Part shown: positions 1 through 11,008 of the stretch, in pieces
Position numbering within the stretch: position 1 is the stretch's first letter
How the letters are laid out: each line of letters begins with the position of its first letter
Source of the DNA: an uncultured Candidatus Rokubacteria bacterium
Lineage (GTDB): Bacteria; Methylomirabilota; Methylomirabilia; Rokubacteriales; DASRDR01
Assembly: GCA_963805625.1 (NCBI GenBank)
Contig: CAWDVE010000016.1
Span: forward strand, 288,001-352,000
DNA length: 64,000 nucleotides
Reading direction: 5' to 3'
Made by a program: the position numbers and the translations under genes
Notes under the pieces: model-generated
What the model was told of the DNA's origin: nothing
What the model saw: only the letters and a program-made list of their open reading frames with translations
Databases searched by the model: none

Positions 1-1
1 G

Positions 2-1087
2 GGCCGGCTCCCACCCGTCCACGCGCCGGCCGGGTTCGTCGACCGGGTGATGGGAGAGGCCTACCGCCCGCCGTGGCCGAGGCGGCTGCTCGACGCGCTG
101 TTCCGGCCGCTCCGGGTGAAGCTGCCGCTCGAGGCGGCGGCGGTGCTCCTGGTCGGCGTCTCGGCGCTCTATGTGTACCAGCACGCGCCGGAGGTGCAGC
201 ACGTCGCCCGCCAGGGGACGCCCGCGTTGCCCATGGCCCCGGCCCAGCCGCCCGCGCCCCCTGCCGCGGGGGCGGGCGGGGACGCGTCGCGTCTCAAGGA
301 CGTGGGCTCTCAGGCGAAGCGCGCGCCGGCCGAGCAAGAGGCGGCGCGCGACAAGATCGCTCATCCCCCCGTCGTGACGGCACCCGCAACCCCGAGCGCG
401 CCCGGGCCCGTCCCACAGAGAGAGAACGCCCTGGAGGCACCGACCGCGAAGACTGGCGCGAAGCCCGCGCCCGCGTCGGAGCTGACGGCCGAGGTGACGC
501 CTGAGGCGAAGAGGGAGGCGCTCGCCGAGCGGCGACCCGATACCTCGGGAACGGCGCCGCTGCCCGGCAAGGTCGAGAAGCTCGCGCAGTCGTCCGAGCC
601 ACTGCCGTCACATGACGCGGCCGGGACGCGCGCCGCGTCGGGACCCTCGCCGGCCGAGCCCGCCCCTCCCTCGGCGGCCTCCGCATCGCCGCCCGAGGCG
701 CGTGGCCGCGTGGGCGGCCTGGGATCCACGGCGCCGGCGGCGCCGGCGCACGAGGGCGCGGCCAGCGACACGCTCTCGACGGCGAAGTCCCGGAGCGCGG
801 CGCGCCTCATGCGCGCGTCGGACGCAAGCGGGCGCCTGACGGTGCCCGCCCGCGACCCGGCCGAGGCTGCCCTCGACGCGCTCCTCGGCCGTCTCGGGGC
901 CACGCGCGTGGCGCGACGGCTCGAGGGCAACCAGGGTCTGGTCTTCATCGACGTCGTCGTCCCCGTCGCGCGCTACCGCGAGCTGGTCGAGGGGCTCGGG
1001 AAGATCGGCCGGTGGACCACCGAGCACGAGGTCAAGACGCTCCCGCCTCAGGTCCGCGTCGAGGTCGCCGTCACCGTCGAGCCCTGA
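2..1087 (+). CDS. DUF2275/anti-sigma-factor-like membrane protein, 5' end outside window
   Basis: Frame is open from the window start (..APAGFVDRVM..); one TM helix (LPLEAAAVLLVGVSALYVY), Pro/Ala-rich linker, small C-terminal domain. Confidence 0.55.
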   Translation, partial: GRLPPVHAPAGFVDRVMGEAYRPPWPRRLLDALFRPLRVKLPLEAAAVLLVGVSALYVYQHAPEVQHVARQGTPALPMAPAQPPAPPAAGAGGDASRLKDVGSQAKRAPAEQEAARDKIAHPPVVTAPATPSAPGPVPQRENALEAPTAKTGAKPAPASELTAEVTPEAKREALAERRPDTSGTAPLPGKVEKLAQSSEPLPSHDAAGTRAASGPSPAEPAPPSAASASPPEARGRVGGLGSTAPAAPAHEGAASDTLSTAKSRSAARLMRASDASGRLTVPARDPAEAALDALLGRLGATRVARRLEGNQGLVFIDVVVPVARYRELVEGLGKIGRWTTEHEVKTLPPQVRVEVAVTVEP

Positions 1088-1185
1088 CCACGTTCCCTCG
1101 ACACCTCCTCCGGGGAACTTTCTCGCCGGTGGCCGGTCCAAGAGACCGAGCTGTCAGATTCGACGAGACCCAGGAGGAGCCACCG

Positions 1186-2598
1186 ATGCGCCGTCCCATC
1201 CCCCTGATGCTGCTCACCCTCGCCGCCCTGTCTCCGGGAGGCCCGGCCGCGGCCGCGCCCCCGCTCGCCATCACGCGCGAGAGCCAGCGCGACTTGATGA
1301 TCACGATCTACAACGGCAACCTCGGGCTGGTGAAGGACACGCGGGAGGCGCGGCTGCCCGCGGGCATGAGCGAGGTCCAGTTTGCCGACGTCGCCGCGCA
1401 GATCGACCCGACGTCCGTCCATCTCAAGTCGCTGACGGTTCCCGCCGAGCTGCGCATCCTCGAGCAGAACTACGAGTACGATCTCCTGTCAGCCCAGAAG
1501 CTCCTCGAGAAGTACGTCGGGCGCAAGGTCCGTCTCTACCAGGGCAACGGCTCCTACCTCGAGGCGACGCTCCTCTCGACCGACGGGCCCGTCTACGAAA
1601 TCAATGGCGAGATCCACATGGGCCACCACGGCCAGCTCGTGTTCCCGTCCCTGCCCGAGAACCTGGTCTCGAAGCCCACGCTACTGTGGCTGCTCCGGAA
1701 CGCGGCGACTGCGCCCCAGCGGATCGAGGCGTCGTACCTCACCGGCGGCATCACCTGGAAGGCCGACTACGTGGTGATCCTCAACGCCGCCGACGACCGC
1801 GCCGACCTGACAGGGTGGGTGACGATCGACAACAAGAGCGGGGCGACGTACAAGGATGCGGCGCTCAAGCTCGTGGCCGGCGACGTGAACCGCGCGCGCG
1901 AGGACCGCACCCGGCAGGCGATGGAGATGGCGGCGAAGTCCGGGGCGGCGGTGCCGGCCTCCCGCGACTTCGTCTCCGAGGGGTTCTTCGAGTACCATCT
2001 CTACACACTCGACGGCCGGACCACAATCAAGGACAAGCAGACCAAGCAGCTCACGCTCATGACCGCGGCCGGCGTGCCGATCCGGAAGGAGCTCGCCTTC
2101 TTCGGCGCGCGCGACTACTATCGCTCGCAGTACGGCACGCCCATGAGCAACCAGAAGGTGAGCGTGTTCGTCGAGCTCACCAACGCCAAGGCGAACAACC
2201 TCGGGGTGCCGCTGCCGAAGGGCAAGATCCGAGTCTACAAGGCGGACAAGTCCGGCAGCCAGGAGCTCGTGGGCGAGGACTGGATCGACCACACCGCGAA
2301 GGACGAGCGCGTCCGGATCAAGATGGGCGAGGCGTTCGACGTCGTGGGCGAGCGGACCCAGCGCGACTGGAGGAAGATCGGCGGATCGACCTACGAGGTC
2401 GAGTGGGAGATCAGCCTGCGCAACCACAAGAAGGAGGACGTGGTCGTGAGCGTGATCGAGCCCATCCCGGGCGACTGGGAGGTTCTCCGCGAGACCCAGC
2501 CTCACGAGAAGCTCGAGGCGCACACGCTCCGCTACCAGGTTCCGGTGCAGCAGGAGGGCGCGGCGAAGGTCACCTACCGTGTCCGCCTGCGGTTCTAG
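1186..2598 (+). CDS. DUF4139 domain-containing secreted protein
   Basis: GGAGG RBS before ATG 1186; signal peptide; ITIYNGNLGLVKD, YLTGGITWKADY and FFEYHLY motifs. Confidence 0.85.
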   Translation: MRRPIPLMLLTLAALSPGGPAAAAPPLAITRESQRDLMITIYNGNLGLVKDTREARLPAGMSEVQFADVAAQIDPTSVHLKSLTVPAELRILEQNYEYDLLSAQKLLEKYVGRKVRLYQGNGSYLEATLLSTDGPVYEINGEIHMGHHGQLVFPSLPENLVSKPTLLWLLRNAATAPQRIEASYLTGGITWKADYVVILNAADDRADLTGWVTIDNKSGATYKDAALKLVAGDVNRAREDRTRQAMEMAAKSGAAVPASRDFVSEGFFEYHLYTLDGRTTIKDKQTKQLTLMTAAGVPIRKELAFFGARDYYRSQYGTPMSNQKVSVFVELTNAKANNLGVPLPKGKIRVYKADKSGSQELVGEDWIDHTAKDERVRIKMGEAFDVVGERTQRDWRKIGGSTYEVEWEISLRNHKKEDVVVSVIEPIPGDWEVLRETQPHEKLEAHTLRYQVPVQQEGAAKVTYRVRLRF

Positions 2599-2644
2599 GC
2601 GCGCCCCCGCTCGTGGCCGCGGGCAGCAGTGGACTGCCCGATCA

Positions 2645-2990
2645 CTACGGGATGCTTCGGTATCGCCTCGATCGTAGCAGGGTGGTCACGGCCACCCCGA
2701 TCAGGCCGCGGCTGGCCAGCGGCCCGAGCCGCCGGAGGAGCCGCCGGTAGACGGCCCGCCGCCCTCGACTGACGGCGAACGGTATCAGGGAGGGCGAGGG
2801 CGACGGCCTCCGGAAGCGTGCTGAGAGGGATGCCGTTGAAGACGCCGTGGTCGGTCGAGGGGACCAGCAGGAGCACGCCAAAGAGGACCAGCAGCAGGTG
2901 CGCCAGCGGCACGCCCGCTGGTGGCACGCGTGCCGCCGAACGACCGTTCCTCCAGGCGACGCCGTCCAGCGAGACGGTCGCGGCCCCTGT
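2645..2990 (-). pseudogene. Frameshifted N-terminal fragment of a membrane protein
   Basis: Hydrophobic LAHLLLVLFGVLLLVPS..GIPLSTLPEAVALAL continues in another frame (LIPFAVSR..GLIGVAV). Confidence 0.3.
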
Positions 2991-3007
2991 GTCGGGACGG
3001 AGCCGGA

Positions 3008-4252
3008 CTAGCCGAAGCGGTCGGGATCGAGCAGGCGCACGTCGGCTGGGGGGGGCGAGCCCCCCGCGAGCTGGGCGACAAGCTTGCCGGTCGCCGGGCC
3101 CATCGACATGCCGACCATGGCGTGACCGGCCGCGACGACGAGGTTGTCGAACCGCCGGGGGCGTCCGACGAGCGGCAGGCCGTCGGGCGTGCACGGGCGG
3201 AGGCCCCGCCAGATCTCCAGGAGCTCCAGGCTCTCGCCGCCCTCGATGCAGGCGAGCGCCTTTCGGCGCAGGGCCTCCACGCGGCGGCGGTTGATCGAGA
3301 GGTCCATTCCGGCGAGCTCGAGGGTGCCGCCGAACCGGAGGAACTCGCCCATTGGCGTGACCGAGAAGCGGCCCTCGGCGGGGAGGAGGGGAATCGTCGG
3401 GGCTCGCGCCGGGCGGCGGTACGTGAGGCTATAGCCCTTGGCGGCCTGGATCGGCACGCGGAGCCCGAGGGCGCGGCCCACGTCCGGTGACCAGGCGCCC
3501 GCCGCCAGGACGACGGTGCCGGCAGAGAACGCCCCGCGCGTCGTCTCGATCTCCGTGACGCGGCTGCCATTCGTCCGAAAGCCGATCGCCTCGGTACCGG
3601 TTCGCACTCGCACGCCGACGGATTCGGCGAGCTTCGCAAGCCCCTTGACGAAGCGGTCGGGCACGAGCAGGGCGTCCTCCCGGCAGTAGAGCGCGCCGAC
3701 GACGCTGGCCCCCAGGGCTGGCTCGGCCGACCGCGCCTCTCCGCCGTCCAGGACCTCGACGGTCGCGCCGCCCTCGCGGAGGAGCTTGGCTTCCTCGCGG
3801 CCGTGGGCCAGGCCCTCGGGCGTGGAGAACACCGTCATCGAGCCTGCCTGGCGGAACCCGAAGTCGAGCTCCTTCTCGGCGAACTCGCGGTAGAGCTCGA
3901 GACTCTCCACGCTCAGCCGCCGGAGGAGCGGCATGGCGCGCCGCACGCGACCCGGTGTGCACGCGGCCCGGAAGCGCCAGAGCCACCGGGCGAGCTCGAG
4001 GCTTGCCCGCGGCTTGATGTAGAAGGGGCTCTCAGGGTTCAGCATCCACTTGACGCCCTGCCACCACACGCCCGGGGCTGCGAGCGGCACGAGGTGGCTC
4101 GGGACGATCAGCCCGGCGTTGCCGTACGAGCTGCCGGCGCAGATCTCTCCCTTCTCGAGGAGCGTGACCTCCCAGCCGTCCCGCGCGAGGTAGTACGCGG
4201 AGCTGACGCCGATGACTCCGCCGCCGATCACCACGACGCTGCGTCCGCTCAT
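3008..4252 (-). CDS. dadA: FAD-dependent D-amino acid dehydrogenase (DadA family)
   Basis: VIGGGVIG Rossmann motif, SSYGNAG, WRGLRPCTPDGLPLVG, AAGHAMVG. Confidence 0.85.
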   Translation of the reverse strand: MSGRSVVVIGGGVIGVSSAYYLARDGWEVTLLEKGEICAGSSYGNAGLIVPSHLVPLAAPGVWWQGVKWMLNPESPFYIKPRASLELARWLWRFRAACTPGRVRRAMPLLRRLSVESLELYREFAEKELDFGFRQAGSMTVFSTPEGLAHGREEAKLLREGGATVEVLDGGEARSAEPALGASVVGALYCREDALLVPDRFVKGLAKLAESVGVRVRTGTEAIGFRTNGSRVTEIETTRGAFSAGTVVLAAGAWSPDVGRALGLRVPIQAAKGYSLTYRRPARAPTIPLLPAEGRFSVTPMGEFLRFGGTLELAGMDLSINRRRVEALRRKALACIEGGESLELLEIWRGLRPCTPDGLPLVGRPRRFDNLVVAAGHAMVGMSMGPATGKLVAQLAGGSPPPADVRLLDPDRFG

Positions 4253-4478
4253 GCACGTCCTCCGCTGGGTGGATCCGCTGGCCTCGCGTTCGGGCCTGGC
4301 TCGCGTGCCCCCATCGAAGATACGCGACCTTCCCAGCCGTCGCCAGGGGTCGTCCGTGCCCCAGGGCTATTGCGCTCCCCCGCGCGGGTCGTCTAACATG
4401 CGCCGCGGGTGGCCCCGTGTCGTGGGCCGTCACAGCGATGCACCCCGAGAACCCGCCTGGTGGGCCGAGGAGGACTCA

Positions 4479-5300
4479 ATGAAGATCCGTACTGGCCGTG
4501 GATTGTTCGCGCTCCTCGCGACGCTGACCGTGCTGCTGGTGGTGGCCGCCGTCTCGCCGGCCCTGGCGCAGGACAAGTCCCTGATCAAGGAGATCCAGCA
4601 GCGCGGCGAGCTGCGCGTCGGCTACGCGCTCGCCGACCCCCACGCGATCAAGGACTCCGCCTCGGGGCAATGGAAGGGCATCGCCGTGGAGGTGATGGAG
4701 GAGTGGGCGAAGGAGCTCAACGTCAAGCACGTGGCCGTGGACACGAGTTGGGACGCCATGATCGCTGGGCTCCAGGCGGGCAAGTACGACGTGGCCGCGG
4801 CGCTCAACCGGCGGCCCGCCCGCGCGCTCGTGGTGACGTTCTCGATGCCCTACATGTCCGACATCGGCACGTTCGCGATGAACCGTGACAAGGTCAAGGC
4901 CAAGAGCTGGGCGGAGCTCGACAAGAAGGGCACGAAGATCGCGGTCGTCATGGGCACGGCGGAGGACAAGGCGCTGACCCGGATCGTCAAGGCGGCGGAG
5001 CTCGTGCGTCTCCCCGACCAGAACGAGGCGCGCATGGCCGTTCAGTCCGGGCGGGCGGCGGCATTCTTCGACGACATCTCGGGTAACGCCAAGCTAGCCA
5101 AGGAGAACAAGGCGTACCGGCTGATCATCCCTGATCCGGCCATCGAGGTTGAGGGGATCGCGTACGCCATCCGCAAGGGCTACCCGCACGACGATCTCCA
5201 GGCCCTCGATATCATGGTCGAGAACTTCGTGAACACCGGGAAGCTCCGGGCGGCCCAGGAGAAGTACGGGCTCCCCAATCCTCAGGACTTCGTGAAGTAG
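4479..5300 (+). CDS. Polar amino acid ABC transporter substrate-binding protein
   Basis: GAGGAGG RBS; signal peptide; RGELRVG, WDAMIAGLQAGKYD (SBP_bac_3). Confidence 0.9.
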   Translation: MKIRTGRGLFALLATLTVLLVVAAVSPALAQDKSLIKEIQQRGELRVGYALADPHAIKDSASGQWKGIAVEVMEEWAKELNVKHVAVDTSWDAMIAGLQAGKYDVAAALNRRPARALVVTFSMPYMSDIGTFAMNRDKVKAKSWAELDKKGTKIAVVMGTAEDKALTRIVKAAELVRLPDQNEARMAVQSGRAAAFFDDISGNAKLAKENKAYRLIIPDPAIEVEGIAYAIRKGYPHDDLQALDIMVENFVNTGKLRAAQEKYGLPNPQDFVK

Positions 5301-5421
5301 GGCCTCCCCTGGCGGCACCGGCGCCTGGACGCGGCTCGAACGTCACGTCCGGGCGCCGGCCCACTGCAGCCCGCCTGACCGTCGACGCTAGCGCGGGCGG
5401 GCGCCCGCAGGATCGACTCCC

Positions 5422-6090
5422 GTGACCTACGACTGGGCGTGGCGCATCATCCCGAGAGCGCTTCCGGCCCTCTTCCTGGGCCTCAAGATGACGCTCGCGG
5501 TCACCGTCGTCGTCATCATCCTCGGTCTCCTCCTCGGCACGGTCGTCGCGGCCGGCCGCCTGGCGCGGAGCGCGCTCATCAACAAGCCGGTCGCGCTCTA
5601 CATCGAGTTCTTCCGCGGTACGCCGGCGCTGATCCAGCTGGTGTGGATCTACTACTGCCTGCCGATCGTGTTTGGGCTGGAGCTGCCGACCTTCGCCTCG
5701 ATCATCGTGGCGCTCACGCTCAACGTGGGAGCGTTCTACGGCGAGGCCATCCGAGCAGGCATCCAGGCGATCCCCCGCGACCAGACGGAGGCTGCCGACG
5801 TGCTCGGCCTGGGTTACGTCGACAAGATGCGGTTCGTGGTCCTGCCGCAGGCGTTCCGGATCATCATTCCGGTGGCCCTGTCCCAGAGCATCAGCCTGTT
5901 CAAGGACACCGCGCTCGTGTCGACGCTCGGCGTCGCCGACCTCATGTACCAGGCCCGGGTGCTCGCCACCGAGACGTACCGGCCCATCGAGGTCCTTTCC
6001 ACCGCGGCGCTCATCTACTTCGTGATCGCCTTCCCCTTGACCGTCGCTACGCGCCTCCTCGAGGTGCGGCTGGCGACGGTCCGCCGGTAG
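5422..6090 (+). CDS. Amino acid ABC transporter permease
   Basis: [17 protein letters not shown] loop, FKDTAL. Confidence 0.92.
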   Translation: MTYDWAWRIIPRALPALFLGLKMTLAVTVVVIILGLLLGTVVAAGRLARSALINKPVALYIEFFRGTPALIQLVWIYYCLPIVFGLELPTFASIIVALTLNVGAFYGEAIRAGIQAIPRDQTEAADVLGLGYVDKMRFVVLPQAFRIIIPVALSQSISLFKDTALVSTLGVADLMYQARVLATETYRPIEVLSTAALIYFVIAFPLTVATRLLEVRLATVRR

Positions 6091-6094
6091 ACGT

Positions 6095-6856
6095 GTGATC
6101 AGCGCACGGCGTCTCGACAAGCGATTCGGATCGCTGCACGTCCTGCGGGACGTGAGCCTCGAGGTAGGCCAGGGTCAGGCAGTCGTCGTCATCGGGCCGA
6201 GCGGCTCCGGCAAGAGCACGCTCCTCCGATGCCTGATCGGGCTCGAGACCCCCGATGCGGGGGAGATTCACATCGACGGTCAGCCCTTCATCCGGCGTCA
6301 GGCGGGCGACCGCGGGTCCCTCCGGCGGACCGCGGAGTTTCGCCGGGTCCAGCGATCGATGGGCATGGTCTTCCAGCAGTTCAGTTTGTTTCCCCATCTG
6401 ACCGTGGTGGAGAACATCGCCCTGGCCCCGGTGCGCGTGCTCGGACTCGGTGCCGAGGCAGCGCGCGCCCGAGCGCGTGCCCTCCTGGCGAAGGTCGGTC
6501 TCGTCGAGAAGGCCGACGCCTATCCGGAGAAGCTCTCGGGGGGACAGAAGCAGCGCGTCTCGATCGCTCGCGCCCTCGCGCTCGAGCCGCGCATCATGCT
6601 CTTCGACGAGGTCACCTCGGCGCTGGACCCGGAACTCATCCACGAGGTGCTGGCGGTGATGCGGCAGCTCGCCACGGACGGCATGACGATGGTAGTCGTC
6701 ACCCACGAGATGGGCTTCGCCAACAAGGTGGCGGACCGCGTCATCTTCATGGATCAGGGGGTCATCGTCGAGGAAGGGCGCCCGGCGGACCTGTTCGGCT
6801 CGCCGCGCGAGGTCCGGACCCGCGCGTTCCTGGACAAGGTCCTGACGCACATCTGA
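6095..6856 (+). CDS. Amino acid ABC transporter ATP-binding protein (GlnQ family)
   Basis: [36 protein letters not shown]. Confidence 0.93.
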   Translation: MISARRLDKRFGSLHVLRDVSLEVGQGQAVVVIGPSGSGKSTLLRCLIGLETPDAGEIHIDGQPFIRRQAGDRGSLRRTAEFRRVQRSMGMVFQQFSLFPHLTVVENIALAPVRVLGLGAEAARARARALLAKVGLVEKADAYPEKLSGGQKQRVSIARALALEPRIMLFDEVTSALDPELIHEVLAVMRQLATDGMTMVVVTHEMGFANKVADRVIFMDQGVIVEEGRPADLFGSPREVRTRAFLDKVLTHI

Positions 6857-7017
6857 GCGGGCTTCCCGGACGCAGCCCGCGCGAGGGCCGGGCCGGAATC
6901 GCCGGGCGCCGGCGGGGGGCTCGGTCGCGGCGCGGATCTTCCCCTTGTCTGGCTGGCCGCCTGACGTGCCAGTGACACGGTCATGCCCGAGGCGTAGTGC
7001 CGCCACTGTATCCCATG

Positions 7018-8070
7018 TCACGGGCCTGCACGCCGAAGCACCAGCTCGAGATTCTGCGGCGACTGCTGACGGTCGCCGGCTTCCACCTCGCGCACGGCCG
7101 CCACGATCGCGGCCGAGACCGGCGTGGGAATGCCGGTCTGCCGGCCCTGCGCCACCACGTAGCCGTTCATCTCGCCGATCTCCGTCAGCCGGCCCTTGGC
7201 GACGTCCTGAGCCATCGAGGCGCGCCAGCTGCGGGCGGTGGCGGCGGCCGGGGTGAGCATCCGGTCGAGCGCCTCCCACGTCTCGCGTCGATCGGCATCC
7301 GCCCACTGTTCGGCGGGCGCCCCGCCGAACGCGGGGACCCGGTGCCCGAGCGCGAGCCCGACGCGCGCGGATTCGGCCGCGAGGCGAATCATCAGCGTCC
7401 GCCCGACCTCGCTGGAGGCGACCTCGAGCGAGCCGAGCCCGGACAGGGCCTGGAGCGGGTTGCTCATGGCGTTCTGGGAGAGCTTGGCCCAGCGCTCGCC
7501 CCAGAGGTTGTCCGTGGCCCGGGCCCCATCGATCACCGAGAGCATCTGGGCGAGCTCCTGCACGCGCGGCGTGATCCGGCCGTCGTGCTCGCCGGCCCGG
7601 AACACGTCGTGTCCCGCGCCCTGCCCCTTCTCCATCCCGCGCTCGACGTGTCCCGGCGTCCAGAGCGCGACGCCGATCTTCGACATGACCAGGCCGACCG
7701 ACCGGGTCGCCCCGGCGATGCTGGCCACGATCGGATCGGGCCAGCAGTTCTGCGCCGACACGATGGCGCCGGTCGGCGCCGCGTGGCGCAGGGCGAGCTG
7801 GGTCGCCCAGGCCGTGTCGTAGGCCTTCATCGCGACGAAGGCGATCTCGAAGTCGTGGGGCAGGCGGGCCGCCTCGTGGAGGTGCACGGCGGCCGGGCGG
7901 GCGACGAACGGCTCGTGGGGACCCTCGACGGCCAGGCCGTCCCGGCGGATGGCCTCCACCTGCTCGGCCCAGGGGTCGATGAGGGTGACGTCGTGACCGG
8001 CTCGCGCCAGGTGGCCGCCCAAGTAGCTCCCGATCGCCCCCGCGCCGACGAACAGCAACCGTTTCGTCAT
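7018..8070 (-). CDS. Ketopantoate reductase family protein (PanE/ApbA)
   Basis: VGAGAIG, MKAYD, SAQN, WAKL..N, SMAQD..GRLTEI..NG. Confidence 0.85.
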   Translation of the reverse strand: MTKRLLFVGAGAIGSYLGGHLARAGHDVTLIDPWAEQVEAIRRDGLAVEGPHEPFVARPAAVHLHEAARLPHDFEIAFVAMKAYDTAWATQLALRHAAPTGAIVSAQNCWPDPIVASIAGATRSVGLVMSKIGVALWTPGHVERGMEKGQGAGHDVFRAGEHDGRITPRVQELAQMLSVIDGARATDNLWGERWAKLSQNAMSNPLQALSGLGSLEVASSEVGRTLMIRLAAESARVGLALGHRVPAFGGAPAEQWADADRRETWEALDRMLTPAAATARSWRASMAQDVAKGRLTEIGEMNGYVVAQGRQTGIPTPVSAAIVAAVREVEAGDRQQSPQNLELVLRRAGP

Positions 8071-8189
8071 CGGACCTCCATGTCGATCTCCAGCTCGGAG
8101 GAGCGGACTCCACCGGTGCTACCACGCAGGTATTCCCCGACAGCCCGGCGTGCGGGGACCTGGGCGGACCTGGGCGCCACGAGCCCCGA

Positions 8190-9140
8190 CTACGAGCTCA
8201 GCACGCGGACGGGTGCGCCGGCGAGAAACGCGCGGACGTCCTCGAGCGCCTGCGGGTAGAAGATCCGGTAGGTCTCCTCGGTCACGTAGCCGAGGTGCGG
8301 GGTGATCACGGTGTTCGGCAGCCGGCGGAGCGGGTGATCCGGCGGGAGCGGCTCCTCGTCGTAGACGTCGAGTCCCGCGCCCGCGATCGCGCCGGCCCGG
8401 AGGGCCGCGATCAGCGCCCGCTCGTCCACGATCGGCCCGCGCGAGGTGTTGACCAGGTACGCGCTCGGTCGCATGAGGGCGAGCTCGCGGGCTTCGAGGA
8501 GCCCCCGGGTACGCTCGCCCAGCACCAGGTGGATCGTGATGACGTCGGCGCGCGCGAGGAGCTCGTCCTTGCTCCCCGCCAGGGTCGCGCCGGCCGCTGC
8601 GGCGCGATCGGCGGTGAGATTCTGGCTCCAGGCGAGCACCTCCATCTCGAACGCCCGCCCGACACGCGCCACGCGCGAGCCGAGCTGTCCCAGTCCGAGC
8701 ACGCCCAGGGTCTTGCCGCTGAGGGTCGTCCCGAGGGTCTCCTGCCAGCGGCCGTCCCGGGTCGCTCGATCCTCGTGGGGCACGTGGCGGACGAGCGCGA
8801 GGATGAGAGCCCAGGTCAGCTCGGCCGTCGGGGAGGGGAGGCCCCCCGTGCCGCAGACGAGGACGCCGCGCTCGGCGGCCGCGCGAAGGTCGATCGACGC
8901 GTTCCGCGTCCCGGTGGTCACCAGGAGGCGCAGGCGCGGCAGGCGTGCGATGAGGCTGCGAGGAAAGGGGGTGCGCTCCCGCATTGCCACCACCACGTCG
9001 AAGTCGGCGAGCCGGGCCGCCACGCTGGCCTCGTCCGGCACGTGGTCCCGGAACACCACCACGTCGGCCGGGAGGCTCGCCCAGTCGGCCAGCCGGAGCG
9101 CCACTCCCTGGTAGTCGTCGAGGACCGCGACGCGCGTCAC
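8190..9140 (-). CDS. D-2-hydroxyacid dehydrogenase family protein
   Basis: GLGQLG, VNTSRGPIVDE, LDVYDEEPL, TPHLG. Confidence 0.92.
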   Translation of the reverse strand: MTRVAVLDDYQGVALRLADWASLPADVVVFRDHVPDEASVAARLADFDVVVAMRERTPFPRSLIARLPRLRLLVTTGTRNASIDLRAAAERGVLVCGTGGLPSPTAELTWALILALVRHVPHEDRATRDGRWQETLGTTLSGKTLGVLGLGQLGSRVARVGRAFEMEVLAWSQNLTADRAAAAGATLAGSKDELLARADVITIHLVLGERTRGLLEARELALMRPSAYLVNTSRGPIVDERALIAALRAGAIAGAGLDVYDEEPLPPDHPLRRLPNTVITPHLGYVTEETYRIFYPQALEDVRAFLAGAPVRVLSS

Positions 9141-10101
9141 CCGCTCACTATGGGGCCAGGCCCGCGCCCCGGCAAGTGACGACGCGTCCGCGCGCTTCCG
9201 GCCGCGGAGGGCCCCTTCGTTTGGCCTGTCAGCTTCATGGCGGCGGTCTCGGGATCAAAACTGAAACGAGCAGCGAGCGGATATTGGCACCGACGATGTC
9301 GTTCGCGCCCCGCAGCGCTCAGGGGTCACCGTTGAGCACCCGCCGATCCACAATGTCATGATTGCTACGACGCTTAGCGTCTTGATCAGATGATGGTCGG
9401 CTGGAGTTGCCCGGGTACCCATAGCAGCCTCCTCGCGCGGCCCGGGCCAATCTGACAGGATGCGCGGCCCCGTCGCCTCGCCGCCCTAGTACGCGCTCCC
9501 CAGGCTGCACTTGTAAACCCTCCGCTCAGCCCGGAATCAGCCGCAAGCGGTCGTCGTCCCACGTCGCCACGTAGAGCCCCCGTGATCTGTCGCCATGCCA
9601 TGCCCCACCGTGGCAGGCTCACCGGCCCGTTCCGGAGTCTTGGAACAGCCAGCGAGGGGGGACTATAGGCGGTGTGTTACAGGCGCCACTTACTTCGACC
9701 TTCGACGACAGTTGCCGAGTCACCGGCCTCTCGGATTTCGCTCGCACATCTCGACCGTGGTCCGCTCGCACCGGTCCTGGCATGGCGGGGGGGCCATTGG
9801 ACATCTTCATGGCGCCGCCGCCGTCCGCACGACGGACCCGAATCGGGATGACAGTCAGTGCACATGCATACCGTCTCTTGCGACTACATCGAATCCGCAG
9901 ACAGATAGCGGAAGTGAGCTCTTCGCGGCTGACGGCGCCCGCGCCGCCCGCAGCCACGCGAGTCAAGACGCCGTGGCTCGCGGGCTACCTGGTTTCTATG
10001 CCGATCTGAAGGGCCCGAGGAGTTGCTGGCCGACCACGACCTCGAGGAAGGGCGCAGACCTCGATCCTACACGGGGCGTGTGACGCTGCCGGGACGCACC
10101 G

Positions 10102-10671
10102 TTAGCCGACCAGAGGCGATTGGGCGTTTCTCAGCTTCCGCCACACTCCCAATCCCGCGAGGCTTGAGCCAACGAGGAGGAAACTAGATGGCTCAGGAAC
10201 GGGGGAGGAACGCAAGAAATGCAGAGAGGATATCTGCACGAAGCCACCCGTATTATGCCAAGTCAGGTATGCTATCGAGCCACTCAGTGCTTCGGTCCCC
10301 GAACCTTCGCCAACAAAGCCATCCAGCAGATTATCCGCCGAGTCGAAAGCATCGATGTGAATTGGACCTAGGCCCGCGAATGTCCACCAGTCAACCGATA
10401 GATCGCTCACAGGACCACCCAGAAAGTCGATCCGAGCAACATTGTTCGAGCCGATAGGGAAGACAGATAGACCCATCTGATCAAACGGGTCCCGCGAATC
10501 CAAGTACCAATAGGCGTTTTGGATACCGAGCCCGAAGCCGCTCCATTGCGTCGTCACCGGATCCAAGTTGTCGATCGACGGAACCTCGGTTTTGTTAAAG
10601 TTAATCGTTTCTGCCTGCGCCACGTTCACACATGCGAATACCAGGAGCCCTGCAAGGACTTGCCGGTTCAT
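10102..10671 (-). CDS. PEP-CTERM sorting domain protein
   Basis: Signal peptide; C-terminal VPEPSSFLLVGSSLAGLGVWRKLR; lower GC than flanks; AGGAG RBS. Confidence 0.88.
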   Translation of the reverse strand: MNRQVLAGLLVFACVNVAQAETINFNKTEVPSIDNLDPVTTQWSGFGLGIQNAYWYLDSRDPFDQMGLSVFPIGSNNVARIDFLGGPVSDLSVDWWTFAGLGPIHIDAFDSADNLLDGFVGEGSGTEALSGSIAYLTWHNTGGFVQISSLHFLRSSPVPEPSSFLLVGSSLAGLGVWRKLRNAQSPLVG

Positions 10672-10992
10672 TTTCTCCTGCCTTTCTCTAAGCCTATTTG
10701 ACTGACGTAGCTTCGCGGTTCAGGCTCGGCCACCCCGAGAATGGCCCGGTCTTCATTGAGCAGGAGATTGTATTTGCGGTGCCGCGGGACCGCTGTTCCC
10801 ATCGCCGCCCACTTCGGCTGCCTCGATGATGTGGTCCAGGGCGCCAACGGCCCTCCCCGCTGAAGAAGGCTTTTCCCCGGGGGCTAAGCGATCTGCTCCA
10901 GATGCGGCGGATCATCGGTTTGCTCGCCCTTCACCTCTGTCGGATCTGAGACGAACGCACTTCTTGCGGCTTGGGAGTGACCCCCAGGCTTG

Positions 10993-11008
10993 TTCAAGCG
11001 ACGTGCCA
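10993..11008 (-). promoter_or_regulatory. Putative sigma54 promoter upstream of the PEP-CTERM gene
   Basis: Minus strand TGGCACGTCGCTTGAA (GG-N10-GA variant of -24/-12); AT-rich region with TTGCATAC/GTATGCAA inverted pair further upstream. Confidence 0.45.

Noticed and set aside
6047-8259. Long alternative-frame ORFs (6047-8125, 6997-8259, and similarly 1686-2750, 35500-37032, 50058-51404)
   Set aside because: Arg/Pro/Gly-rich shadows of real genes in high-GC DNA with no recognisable motifs
9180-10100. ORFs or ncRNA in the long intergenic stretch
   Set aside because: No recognisable motif, RBS-supported ORF or convincing structure
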